Below are positions 22,284 through 32,700 of a stretch of DNA of 64,000 bases, one piece after another. Position 1 is the first letter of the stretch; every line of letters begins with the position of its first letter. The translations under genes were made by a program, and so were the position numbers. The notes under the pieces are model-generated. The model searched no databases. It saw only the letters and a list, made by a program, of their open reading frames with translations, and was not told the origin of the DNA. The stretch comes from an uncultured Methanomicrobiaceae archaeon (GTDB lineage: Archaea; Halobacteriota; Methanomicrobia; Methanomicrobiales; Methanoculleaceae). The stretch spans positions 704,001-768,000 of the forward strand of contig CAWGXH010000004.1 of the NCBI GenBank assembly GCA_963826525.1. The letters are read 5' to 3'.

Positions 22284-22646
22284 TTAACCCTTGCGTCCCG
22301 CTGCCTCTGCCGCCAATTCGCCCGCATCCCGGAACGCCCGGGCGACCCCGCCGGGACCGAGCCTGACGCCCCCGAAGATTCGTGAGACGACCAGGGCGTG
22401 CCGGTCGAGAGCGTGCCTTCGGAGCACCGTAAGAAGCACCCGGCCGGGCTGGCCGACCTCGCGATCGCTTCGGAACTCTTCCGTCCCGGCGATACGCACG
22501 GCTGCGCAGTGGTGAGCGGCCTTCCGGTAGCGGCTCCGGTGCCGCTCGAGGATAGCCTTGAGATCATTGGAGCTCTCAATCTCGTAGAGGTGCGCGTAGA
22601 ACCGGGAGCGCCGCTCCTCGACGGCTGCCGCCGCACACTCCCGCAT
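22284..22646 (-). CDS. IMPACT/YigZ (UPF0029) family protein
   Basis: EERRSRF, AAHHCAA, SDRE..QPG, VSRIFGGVRLGPGG. Confidence 0.88.
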   Translation of the reverse strand: MRECAAAAVEERRSRFYAHLYEIESSNDLKAILERHRSRYRKAAHHCAAVRIAGTEEFRSDREVGQPGRVLLTVLRRHALDRHALVVSRIFGGVRLGPGGVARAFRDAGELAAEAAGRKG

Positions 22647-23578
22647 CAGAGAGACTCCCGTGCATACGCCGCCGCCCCGAGGAGCGGTGCCCGGCCTTCG
22701 AGGTTGCTGACGACCAGGCGGGGCAGCGCCAGGTAGCGGTCGACGAACGGCAGCAGGTGCTCAATGACGAGATCGCCGTTATACCGGGCAATAGGGCCGT
22801 CGAAGACGATCACCTCGGGGTTATAGGCGACGATGACGTTCGAGACCCCGCGGGCGTTCACCCGGCCGAGCGCCTCCATGAATGCAAGGGCGATGGATTC
22901 CCCCGCCCGGGCAGCGGCGAAGATCGCCGCGGCGGTATCGGTCGCAAACCCGACATCTCCGATTCCTTCGCTCTCCCGCCAGGCAGCGAAGAACCGGGGC
23001 ATGAACCGGCCTGACCCGTAGGCCTCCCAGTGACCGAAGTGGCCGCACCCGCAGCGCTGGTTGTAGCGGTTGTCGACGAAGAGGTGCCCGACCTCACCGG
23101 CGTTGCCGTTCCGCCCGAGCAGCAGGCGGCCGCCGACGACCGCGCCCCCGCCGATCCCGGTGGACATGGTGACATAGACAACATTCTCACACCCCCGTGC
23201 GGCACCGACCCACCGCTCGCCAAGGAGGCCTGCCCGGGCGTCATTGACGAGAAAAGCCGGCAGGTCGAACCGATCCCGGACGGGCTCGACAAGGGCAACC
23301 TCGGGAAAGGCGATATTCGGCGAGTGCACCATCATGCCACGCGTAAGATCGAGCGGGCCGGCGGAGCTGATCCCGATGGCGGCGACGGTGTCCCCTTTCC
23401 CGGCGGAAGACCGGAGCAGGCGATCGATCAACCCGAGAAGTGCATTGGTGACGACCGCCCCGGACTGCCCGACGACAGGCGTCTCCGTTGCGGCATGCTC
23501 AAGGATTGTTCCCTCGTCCGTGACGATACCGGCGCGGATCTGTGTTCCTCCAAGGTCGACGGCTATCAGGTTCGGCAT
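22646..23578 (-). CDS. ROK family sugar kinase (glucokinase-like)
   Basis: VDLGGT, NDARA, STGIGGG, GEVGH, CGCG zinc motif. Confidence 0.92.
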   Translation of the reverse strand: MPNLIAVDLGGTQIRAGIVTDEGTILEHAATETPVVGQSGAVVTNALLGLIDRLLRSSAGKGDTVAAIGISSAGPLDLTRGMMVHSPNIAFPEVALVEPVRDRFDLPAFLVNDARAGLLGERWVGAARGCENVVYVTMSTGIGGGAVVGGRLLLGRNGNAGEVGHLFVDNRYNQRCGCGHFGHWEAYGSGRFMPRFFAAWRESEGIGDVGFATDTAAAIFAAARAGESIALAFMEALGRVNARGVSNVIVAYNPEVIVFDGPIARYNGDLVIEHLLPFVDRYLALPRLVVSNLEGRAPLLGAAAYARESL

Positions 23579-23609
23579 GTATCCTCCCGAGTGGTTCTTG
23601 TCGTCGGTG

Positions 23610-24012
23610 ATGATAACCCTGATTCCTCCGGCACCCCTCCGCCCCGGCGTTACCAATATTTATGCGGTCGATCCGGTCCTGTTTATCCTGCTCATCAACA
23701 CCATCTTCACCGTTATCATCGACCATACCCGGCCGCTCCCCGATGGAGCTCGCCGCCTTCCAAGGCCTTATCGCCATGCCGATCGGGAGCAGCCGGGCGC
23801 TCGTGACCGAAGGCAACCGGGTAGAGACCTTCACCGGCGGCCATGAGATGTCCGAGTCGTTCTTTGCGGCGATTGCGGGTGCCCGCCACCACATCCACAT
23901 CGCGTTCTACATCACCCACTCAACCGAGATCACGCCCGAACGCTACGTCGCACGGTCGGCGCGGGTGAAGGTGAAAGAGTCCGTCTCCCGCCTCTTCTCG
24001 CCCATCCTCCTA
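23610..24012 (+). pseudogene. cls: Internally deleted cardiolipin synthase remnant
   Basis: LLINTIFTVII (N-terminus), VTEGNRVETFTGG...FAAIAGARHHIHIAFYI (PLD start) joined directly to STEITPERY..RS..VKVKESVSRLFSPIL (C-terminus); no HKD motifs. Confidence 0.75.
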
Positions 24013-24244
24013 TCACGGCTGGCGGAAACAGCCGATGCACATACAGGTCTCCTTGGTGCAGAGAGCGTAGCCGAAGAGGTGGGCGGCGGATGGCGAAGAA
24101 AGGGCTCTCCTGTAGATCACCGACAGACGGGGCAGGTCGACCGGCGGCTCCGGTCCCTTGATGAAGGCGATCGGGCGTTATCTGCGCTCAGCACCGATGA
24201 CAAACCCGGAGGGGGAAAATTCCGGGGCAGCGGAATCCCAAACA

Positions 24245-24306
24245 TTTAGGTATACCGAAAACATTAATCCCACCACAGTCGACCACTCTTTTAGGTAAAC
24301 CTAAAA
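24245..24306. promoter_or_regulatory. Two DtxR/MntR-type operator palindromes upstream of feoA
   Basis: TTTAGGT-AT-ACCGAAA (24245-24260) and perfect TTTTAGGT-AA-ACCTAAAA (24289-24306). Confidence 0.8.
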
Positions 24307-24315
24307 AAGGTACAT

Positions 24316-24549
24316 ATGACAACCGAACTGATAACCCTGCACACGGGCACACAAGCGACGGTCACCGGATTCGAAGGGCCCCAGGGCTTTGCCCGGAGAC
24401 TACGGACTATCGGTATCAGGGAGGGGAAGACGCTGACGGTGGTCGCCCGCCACCCCTTCGGCGGCCCGATCGTCGTGAGCGTGGACGGCCGTGAAGTTAC
24501 TCTGGGCAGGGGAATGGCCCGCCGGGTCCTGGTGGACGTGCAGGCATGA
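24316..24549 (+). CDS. feoA: Ferrous iron transport protein A
   Basis: RRLRTIGIREG, PFGGPI, LGRGMA. Confidence 0.92.
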   Translation: MTTELITLHTGTQATVTGFEGPQGFARRLRTIGIREGKTLTVVARHPFGGPIVVSVDGREVTLGRGMARRVLVDVQA

Positions 24550-26278
24550 GGCGCATCGTCCTGATGGGCAACCCAAACGTCGGCAAGAGCGGGATGTTCT
24601 CGCGGCTGACCGGGACGCAGGTCATCACCTCGAACTATCCGGGCACGACCGTGGATTTCTCCCGGGGCACCATACATGTTGACGGGGCAGCCGTCGAGCT
24701 CGTCGACGCTCCCGGAACCTACTCCCTTGAGCCGTCCAATGCCGCCGAGGAGATAGCGGCCGCTCTGATGGAGACGGCGGACCTGATCGTCAGCGTCGTC
24801 GACGCGACCAACCTGGAACGAAACCTCTTCCTTACGCTTGAGGTGCTGGAAACCAGAAAACCGATCATCGTGGCGCTCAATCTCTGGGACGAGGCGGTCA
24901 ACCAGGGCATCGCCATCGATGTCCCGAACCTCGAACACCTGCTGGGCGTGCCGGTCGTGCCGACGGTCGGGCTCTCCGGGCAGGGGATCAGCGAGCTCAT
25001 CAGCAGATTCAGCGAGGCACGGCCGTCCGATACTCTGGCGCCCATGGACGCCGAGGAGCGGTGGAAGACCGTCGGCCGGATCACGGACGCGGTGCAGACG
25101 ATCACCCACCGGCACCCTACCTTTCGCGACCGGCTCTCGGAGGCAAGCGTCAGGCCGGTGAACGGCTTTTTCATCGCGCTCGGGGTGATCGCCGCCGCTT
25201 TCTGGGTGGTCAGACTGATCGGCGAGAGCCTTATTCAGTACATCTTCGAGCCGCTCTTTGACCTCTACACACCCTTCGTCACTGCAGCTCTCCGATCTCC
25301 TTGGCCCGGGGATTCTGCACGACATCCTTATCGGGAGGCTGAGTGACGGCGGGATCGACTACGTCGAATCGATGGGGCTGCTGACGACCGGCCTCTACGT
25401 TCCCTTCGCCATGGTGCTGCCCTATATCGTCGCATTTTATCTCATGCTCTCGATCATGGAGGACTCCGGCTACCTCCCGAGGCTCGCGACACTGACCGAC
25501 ACCTTCTTTCACCGGCTGGGCATGCACGGCTACGGGATCATCCCGCTCTTTCTCGGGCTCGGGTGCAACGTCCCCGGCGTCCTCGCGACGAGGGTGCTTG
25601 AGACACGAAAGCAGCGGTTCATCGCCGCGACCCTGCTCGGGATCTCCATCCCATGCATGGCGCAGATCGCGATGATCTTCGGGGTGCTCGGTCCGTTCGG
25701 CATGCGGTACGTGGCGGCGGTCTTCCTGACGCTCGCGGCCGTCTACCTGGCGGCAGGGCTCGTGCTGAACCGGTTCGTCGGCGGGGAGTGCCCGGAAATC
25801 TTCCTCGAGCTCCCGCCCTACCGGATGCCGGGCGCCCGCATGACCCTGAAGAAGACCTGGATGCGGGTACGCGGGTTTATCATGGAAGCAATCCCGTACC
25901 TCTTCCTCGGCATCCTGATCGTCAACCTCCTCTATACCGCCGGCATCCTCGATATGCTGGGCACCCTGCTTGCCCCGGTGATGGAGGGATGGCTCGGGCT
26001 GCCGGCCGGGGCGTCGACCGCGCTCCTGGTCGGCATCCTGCGCAAGGATCTGGCGGTCGGGATGCTCATCCCCCTGGGAATGACGCCGGCGCAGGCTGGT
26101 GATCGCGGTGACGATGCTGACGATGTACTTCCCCTGCATTGCCACATTCGCGGTGCTCCTCCGGGAGCTGGGTGCGAGAGACATGCTCCTTTCGGCTGCC
26201 GTCATGACCGGGACGGCGCTGATCGTCGGCGGGCTGATGCAAATGGTGCTGGTAGGAATTTTTGGAGGCGGACTGTGA
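24546..26278 (+). CDS. feoB: Ferrous iron transporter FeoB (frameshifts near 25285 and 26095)
   Basis: GNPNVGKS, NYPGTTV, DAPGTYSL, EDSGYLPR, GLGCNVP, YFPCIAT. Confidence 0.93.
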
Positions 26279-26703
26279 GGAAAAAAACCATCGAAGAGTA
26301 TATCGAGACGATCTACGCACTCGAGAAACGAGAGGAACGGGCGCAGACCGGGATGATCGCACAGGAGATCGACGTCAAACCACCTTCAGTAACCGAGATG
26401 CTGCGGAAACTGGAAAAGTGCGGCCTTATCGAGTACGAATCATACTCCGGCGCCACCCTGACCCCGACCGGGAGGAAGATGGCCTGCGACCTGCAGAAGA
26501 AGCACAAGACCGTGGCATCGTTCCTGGAGATGCTCGGCGTCGATCACGAGATCGCAGATGCCGACGCCTGCCAGATAGAGCACCATGTGAGCCCCGAGAC
26601 AGCCGAACGCCTCAGGCTTTTTGTGGATTTCCTCCGGGGATCACCGTTCGGCCGGGAGTGCATGGAGCGGTTCGGCAGGTACTGCAGGGAACAGGAGAGG
26701 TGA
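26275..26703 (+). CDS. DtxR/MntR family metal-dependent repressor
   Basis: EEYIETIY, VKPPSVTEMLRKL, LTPTG, ACQIEHHVS; GTG start overlaps the feoB stop. Confidence 0.92.
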   Translation: MRKKTIEEYIETIYALEKREERAQTGMIAQEIDVKPPSVTEMLRKLEKCGLIEYESYSGATLTPTGRKMACDLQKKHKTVASFLEMLGVDHEIADADACQIEHHVSPETAERLRLFVDFLRGSPFGRECMERFGRYCREQER

Positions 26704-26714
26704 GAAGGCGGCCG

Positions 26715-27604
26715 TCAACCGTCACCCCGTCGCCGCGAGCGGTCGATGAACCGCCGGAGGCGGGGAATGTTCTGCTCGTAGTGGATGCGGAGCGACGGAA
26801 TCGTATACGGCAGGTACCTCGGGAGAACGGCGGCACCCATCACTCCCTTCCAGAGAAGGCTTTTCTCCCACCCGACAACGCAGGCCCTTTTCTGGAGAAC
26901 GGCGTCCAGGAACTCGGCCGCATCCCCGGCCTCTGCCGCCGTGACCACCCCCGCAAGATCGGGAAGGATGTGCCCGTCCGTCCCCCCGGTGGCGGGCAGA
27001 TTCCGCTGCAGGGCGAGGTCGGCAGCTTTTTGGTTCAGGGAATGCGCCATGTTCCCGCAGATCGCCTCGATGCCGTCGAACCGGTCGAGGACGGATGGGT
27101 CGAGGTAGCCCCGGTCGATGCACTTACAGGTACCCTTGTTGAAGAAGGCGTAGCCGAACGGATGGGCGGCGATGACGACGGCGGCAGTACCCTCGGCGGC
27201 GTCCAGGATCTCTTCCGTGGTGCGGCGGACGGCAAGGCAGGGACTCGCCTGCCTGTACTCCCGGACGTGACGATCGTAGAACTCCCGGAGTTCTGCAGTA
27301 TCTCGAAAGTAGAGGAGGATGTGCGGGCCGTCGGCGGCGCTCACCTCCATCCCGGGGATGACGACGACGTCCGGATACTCCCGGTAGAGCCGGGACCGCC
27401 TCCTCGACACCGCTCACCTGGTTGTGGTCGGTGATCGCAACGCCGGCGCCCAGACGCTCGCAGGCCTTGAGCAGGGCGGCCACCCGGGGCCGGCCGTCGG
27501 AGTGGTTGGTGTGGAAGTGCATATCAATGGACGTGTACCCCGCCGCCCGGAGTGCAGGGAGGTCGGGACGGGCGAAACGGATGCGGTGATGCGAGAGGAG
27601 GCAT
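26715..27604 (-). CDS. PHP domain metallophosphoesterase (frameshifted; start uncertain)
   Basis: DMHFHTNHSDG, AITDHN, IPGMEV, AAHP, GGTDGH. Confidence 0.85.
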
Positions 27605-27773
27605 GGTGCGGAGACGGGTATGTGCCGGCCGGGGTCTAACAGGTTTCGGTTCGGACGGGACGAAAACCCGCTGCTGCTCTCTCCGAATATCGCATCGATT
27701 TCCGAGGCAGAGCGTCCCAGTTATGCGGGAAGGTCTCCTCGTTCAGGCTCCGGCCGGAGCCTGCCCTCCAGGA

Positions 27774-27989
27774 TCAACGGGTGGTTCGGGTGAAGGAGTA
27801 ACGGCCCTCGATTGTGGCCTCGAAGTACGCCATCGGCGACATCGACTCCATCAGACCTCTGTAGACATCCGGCGGAACGCCATAGTAGCGGAAGGTCTCC
27901 CCGTTGCCGAAGAGAATTTCGAGCGAACCATTGCGCTGGTCGTACTCAGCCGAGGTGATCGCTCCTGAGGCAACGACTGTGCTCTGCAT
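27774..27989 (-). CDS. KTSC domain protein 1
   Basis: VASGAITSAEYD...LEILF...FRYYGVP..VY..LM. Confidence 0.82.
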   Translation of the reverse strand: MQSTVVASGAITSAEYDQRNGSLEILFGNGETFRYYGVPPDVYRGLMESMSPMAYFEATIEGRYSFTRTTR

Positions 27990-28048
27990 GCCCGCCGAAG
28001 TAGGCCGGGAACTCATATACTTTACGACTCCAGGGTGCCGGCACCCAC

Positions 28049-28273
28049 TCACCGGTAGGCTTCCTTCACCGGCGCGGACGGATACCTGTCTTCTATCATC
28101 CCGTAGAAGTAGGGGTCGGGCGGCGGCGTCTCCATCAGGTCCTGGTAGACCGTCGAGGGCACCTGATAGGACCGGACGACCCTCCCGTCGACGAACGCGA
28201 TCTCGAGCGCCCGACTGCCCCGGTCGTAGCCGATCGATTCGATGGTTGCGGAGGTAACGGCTGTTCGCTGCAT
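28049..28273 (-). CDS. KTSC domain protein 2
   Basis: MQRTAVTSATIESIGYD...LEIAF...YQVP..VY..LM. Confidence 0.85.
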   Translation of the reverse strand: MQRTAVTSATIESIGYDRGSRALEIAFVDGRVVRSYQVPSTVYQDLMETPPPDPYFYGMIEDRYPSAPVKEAYR

Positions 28274-28333
28274 GAACTTCCGGATGATAGTCGGGAGCGA
28301 TAAGGCTTCTGCAGGATCGGGGTCGGCGCCCGG

Positions 28334-28546
28334 TTACTGCACCTTCTCATAGGGGTACCGCTCGCTGATGAACTCACGGAAGAACCATTCCGGGGACTCG
28401 GCGGCAAGCAGCCCATCGTAGATCGCCGGCGGGACCCCGACATACTCATAGACACCCCCGCTCTCGAACTCCATACGGAGAATTTCCATCTCCCGGTCGT
28501 AACCGATGGATTTCAGACCGGCGGACTCGATCGCTTCCCGCTGCAT
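28334..28546 (-). CDS. KTSC domain protein 3
   Basis: MQREAIESAGLKSIGYD...EF.SGGVYEY.GVP..IY..LL. Confidence 0.85.
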   Translation of the reverse strand: MQREAIESAGLKSIGYDREMEILRMEFESGGVYEYVGVPPAIYDGLLAAESPEWFFREFISERYPYEKVQ

Positions 28547-28689
28547 GGGCGAGGGTTGCGGCCCAGGGGGATAAGGGTTGCGGAGACGCCCGGCGTCCCG
28601 CCTCACCATGACCTTGCAGGGCAGCGGCGGACTCGAGCTTGCCGGGCATCCCGGAGCGTCCCTTTTCCGGATATCGGGGAGATTCCCGG

Positions 28690-29097
28690 TTACACCATCC
28701 CCTGCAGTCCCATCGTCACGAGCATCATCGCCGCGGCCGCCGAGAGCGAGAAGATCACCACCGCCCAGACGACCATAAATGCGACGATCATCAGCATGCT
28801 CGTCTCCCGGTAGGGGACGAGGCCGTCGTTCATCCCTTTCGCCGTCCGGTAGGCGTCGTAGCCGCCCCAGAGCCAGACCACGACGCCGGGGACGATCATG
28901 ACGAAGAGCCCGAAGAGACTTCCGAGCAGCACCAGGACGCCTTTCCCGAACTGCCCGTTGTAGGCCTGTCCGAGGCCGTTGAAGAGGAGCGAGAGGCCTG
29001 CCGCCATTGCCGGGTTCTTCTTCTTCTCCCGGCGGGAGACCTCCGCTGCCGCAAGAGCTTCCCTTAGAGAGACCGGTTCTGCCGTTTCAGTACGCAC
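28690..29097 (-). CDS. TM2-like small membrane protein
   Basis: KNPAMAAGLSLLFNGLGQAYNGQ..KG, YDAY..AK.MN. Confidence 0.8.
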   Translation of the reverse strand: MRTETAEPVSLREALAAAEVSRREKKKNPAMAAGLSLLFNGLGQAYNGQFGKGVLVLLGSLFGLFVMIVPGVVVWLWGGYDAYRTAKGMNDGLVPYRETSMLMIVAFMVVWAVVIFSLSAAAAMMLVTMGLQGMV

Positions 29098-29197
29098 AAT
29101 GCAGAGGTACGCCCGACGAGAACATCAGCGTTTCCCGTGTCCACTCCGGTATCCTCATATCCTTCCGGCGCCATGCACTCTCTCGGAGAAAGCACGT

Positions 29198-29468
29198 ATG
29201 GCAGAAAGAGAGATCACCACAGAGGAAGCAAAGACGATCGGGGGGCAACTCGGCCTGACCTGGGATCCGGTTCGACGTCGAGCAGTTCCGGCAGGGAATG
29301 GAAGTCGAACTCGAGCACGGCCTGCACGACCCGGCGACAAACGTGACGAACGACGACCTCCTGATCACCGGCAAGATCGCCCTTGCCCACCTGAACGAGT
29401 TCCCGGACTACTACGACCGTCTCGAGGTCATGGAAGAAGAAGCGAAGCGCTACTGGAGCAGCAGGTAA
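29198..29468 (+). CDS. DUF5661-like small protein (frameshift near 29270)
   Basis: EEAKTIGGQLG.W then FDVEQFRQGMEVELEHG...TNVTNDD..ITGKIALAHLNEFPDYYDRL in the shifted frame. Confidence 0.8.
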
Positions 29469-29646
29469 CCCCCCGAACAGCCGATCCAGGGCGGCCGCGC
29501 ACCTGGCCGCCCTGCACACTCCTTTGGAAGAGCACTCAAAAGAGCCCGGGCTGTCGGGGGGGCGAGGGCGCGGCCTTTCCGCGCGCAGAGTCCCGAAAAG
29601 GGCTCCGTGAGGAGCCGGCGCCAGCCTGTATACAGGAGATGTCCTC

Positions 29647-29690
29647 AAAATCGTGAAAATTTCAAAAAATTCCATAATTTTCACGATTTT
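29647..29690. repeat. Perfect 15-bp inverted repeat upstream of the surface-protein gene
   Basis: AAAATCGTGAAAATT (29647-29661), 14-bp spacer, AATTTTCACGATTTT (29676-29690). Confidence 0.9.
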
Positions 29691-29776
29691 TTCCATTTAG
29701 TCAGTTATACATCGTCGATATATTCCGGATGGCTTATATATCATCCTCAATCACATTTCGCATATAGACATCTTTT

Positions 29777-32700
29777 GTGATTGTTATGGATAGTGTACGA
29801 GTGCAGGGAAAAAACCCTCAGAACATCCTCTTCCGGGCGATTATCGTCCTGATTCTCGTCGGACTGCTGGCAATGCCGGCGTCGGCGGAAGAGACGCTCC
29901 CGGACGCAGTCCGGGTAGATGCAACGTATAACGAAATGACTCCCGACTACGGCTATCCTGAACTTCTCGAGTATTCAGGAAGCGCTCGACGCCGTCGCCG
30001 AAAGCGGCACCGTCACGGTCGCCGCAGGCACCTACGAAGGGCACCTGAATATACGGTCAGGCCGTTTCTCTCGTAACCGATGAAGACGCCGTCATCGACG
30101 CCATGGGCTGGGGTATCGGTATCTTCATCGATGCGGACGGCGTCTCCGTCGAAGGCTTCACCGTGACCAACGCCACGACCTACGGTATTGCCGGCGACAT
30201 GGTCGACAATCTCGAGATCCGCGGCAACACCGTCACCGTCGTCTCCGACGAGACCACGTCAGAAGCTCCTGTCGGGATCTACCTTAACGGAGGCGCCGGC
30301 CATGATCGTCACCGGCAACACCGTCACGGTGGAGAGCGATCTTCCCGAAGAGGCAGGCATCGTCGTCTGCAATGTAGCGGACACCGAAGTCTCCGGCAAC
30401 GCGGTCAACGTCGACGCCAAGTACGTTCCGGCAGCGGTCCAGGATCTCGAGGCTTTGAGTGCTTCCCCGGTCGCCCCGTGGGGCTCGAACACCCGGCAGG
30501 ACGGAGTGAGCGCCCTTGATGAGGAAGAGCCCGTCAAGTACGTCGCCCCCGCCGGTATCGTGGCTTACGGCAGCGATATCGTGGTCGACGGGAACACAAT
30601 CGCGGTCGTTGCGGAGTGCCTCGGCGAGGTCGAAGGCGTCTCCTATGAGGCATACCCCGTCGGTATCGATGCTAACAGCGAATCCGCCGAATCCATCGAG
30701 ATCGTGGAGAACATCATCGAGGTGGAGGGCAATGCCGCCGACTACACCTACGCCGACGGTATCTGGATATCCGGCAGACCTGGCACTCGCCCGGGGCAAT
30801 ACCATCATCTCGACCGCCACCGCAGAGGATGCGGAGCCGTGGGGTATCAGTATGTACGATGCCCTGAAAGGCCAAATTCTAGAAAATAATGTTACCATCA
30901 CCATCTCCGCCGAACTTCACCGAAGACACCTACGGTATCCTCGTGGAAGACTCCGAGAAGGCGCAGGTGCTCGACAACAACGTCACGTATACTGCATATA
31001 TCGGCGATGAAGGTGTCAGCGAAGCGGGTGCCGGTATCGAAGGCATTTCCGTCGAGAACTGCTACCAGTCGCAGGTCGCCGGAAACGACGTCTGCGTCGT
31101 CACGGAAGTACTGACAGTGGCGGGCGTGTTCGATCTCGGGTCGGATGACTCTGAAATCTCTTCAACCGCCGCAACAGTCTATGCCGACCTCACCGGCGAG
31201 ATCGTCGAAGGGTGGGCCGGAGCGACCGGTATCGACGTCGACGATAGTGACGAAGCCTGGGTCATCGAAAACGAGATCGCCGTCGAGGTGCTCCTCGCAT
31301 CGGTAGATATCGCCGAGAACGTGAGCGTCGTCGAAGGCGGCATCTGGTCGGCGGGTCTGCTGATAGAGGATACCTACGGTGCCGTAGCCTCCGGGAATAC
31401 CATCGACGCCAGCTTCCTGACGGCGGCCGAAGCGATCGGTACCGGCTACAACACCAGCGTCGCCTACGCCAGCCTCTTCAGCGAAGTCACCGGCGTGGTG
31501 CTCTACGACGCAGAGGACACGGAGGTCTCCGACAACTGCATTACGGTCGAGAGCGCTCAGGCTACCATCGCAGCCGCCCTGGCAACCGATTCGGAGGACG
31601 GCGGTCTGGTGTATTTCCTCGACACCCAGCTGGCCGAGGACGAGACTGAAATGAACGCATTTGCGGCATCCCTCGACGAGGAGGGCACGTACGCAGAGTC
31701 CGTCTGGGACGGCCTGAACGAGACCGCGCTCGCCCGCACACGCACGACTGCGGCCGCGGCCGGTATCTACGCCGACACCTATGGCGATACCAGGATCTAT
31801 GACAACGCCATCGACGTGGAGATCGCCTCTATGGTCATGGATATCGCAATGTACGAAGTCAGCAGCGCTGATGCGATGGCGCAAGCAGTCGGTCTTGCGC
31901 AGGGCTTCGGTATCATCGGCCCCGACGGTTACGATGCATCCATATGCGGGAATACCGTCACGGTGGAATCAACCGGTGCCATTGAGACAGTCTCAGCCGA
32001 AGGAGAGGTGTCCGCCGCAAGCGTACTGAGCGAATCGCAGCTCCGCGTCACCGCACGGGGTATCGTTGGCCTTGCAGAGGAGAACGAGATCTCCGATAAC
32101 ACCATCGACGTCTGTGCACTCGGCGAATCCGAAGCCCTTGCATTCGAGGAAGTGCCCGACAGCCTGGCCGTTGCAGCCTCGCTGATCAAAACCCGTGCGG
32201 TCGGCATCACGATTCCCCGCGCCGCAGAGACCTACGACAACGAAGTCAGCGACAACATCGTGAACGTTCTCTCCGTCCTGGCACCGGCCTCTGAGGCGGC
32301 GGGTGTTTCCGGGGAAGTCGGATCGATCATAGAGGGCAGGGCTGCCGGCATCGGTATTCGCGCACCCAATGCCTGGATCTCCGGCAACGAGGTAGACGTC
32401 ATCGCATGTGTGGAGAATGCCACCGCCGTCGCTGCCGAGGCATCCATACAGGAAGTGATGAGCGAAACCATTGCGATCGCAAACGCTCAGGGTATTGTGA
32501 CGAAGAACGCCATTGTCGAGGATAACGTCGTCTTCGTGGAGGGAACCGCAACCGGAACGGTCATTTCCGAGACGGAAGAACTCCTCGAGAACGCCGATGC
32601 CCTCATCCTCACCGCAGCCATCGGCACCGCGATCCACGACCGCGGCCTCTCCACGATGACGCATAACACCGTTGAAGCAAGCGCTGAGGCTGGCTGCTAC

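Noticed and set aside
25258-26703. Apparent FeoB-DtxR fusion in the ORF track
   Set aside because: Produced by an indel near 26095; feoB ends at 26278 and dtxR starts at GTG 26275
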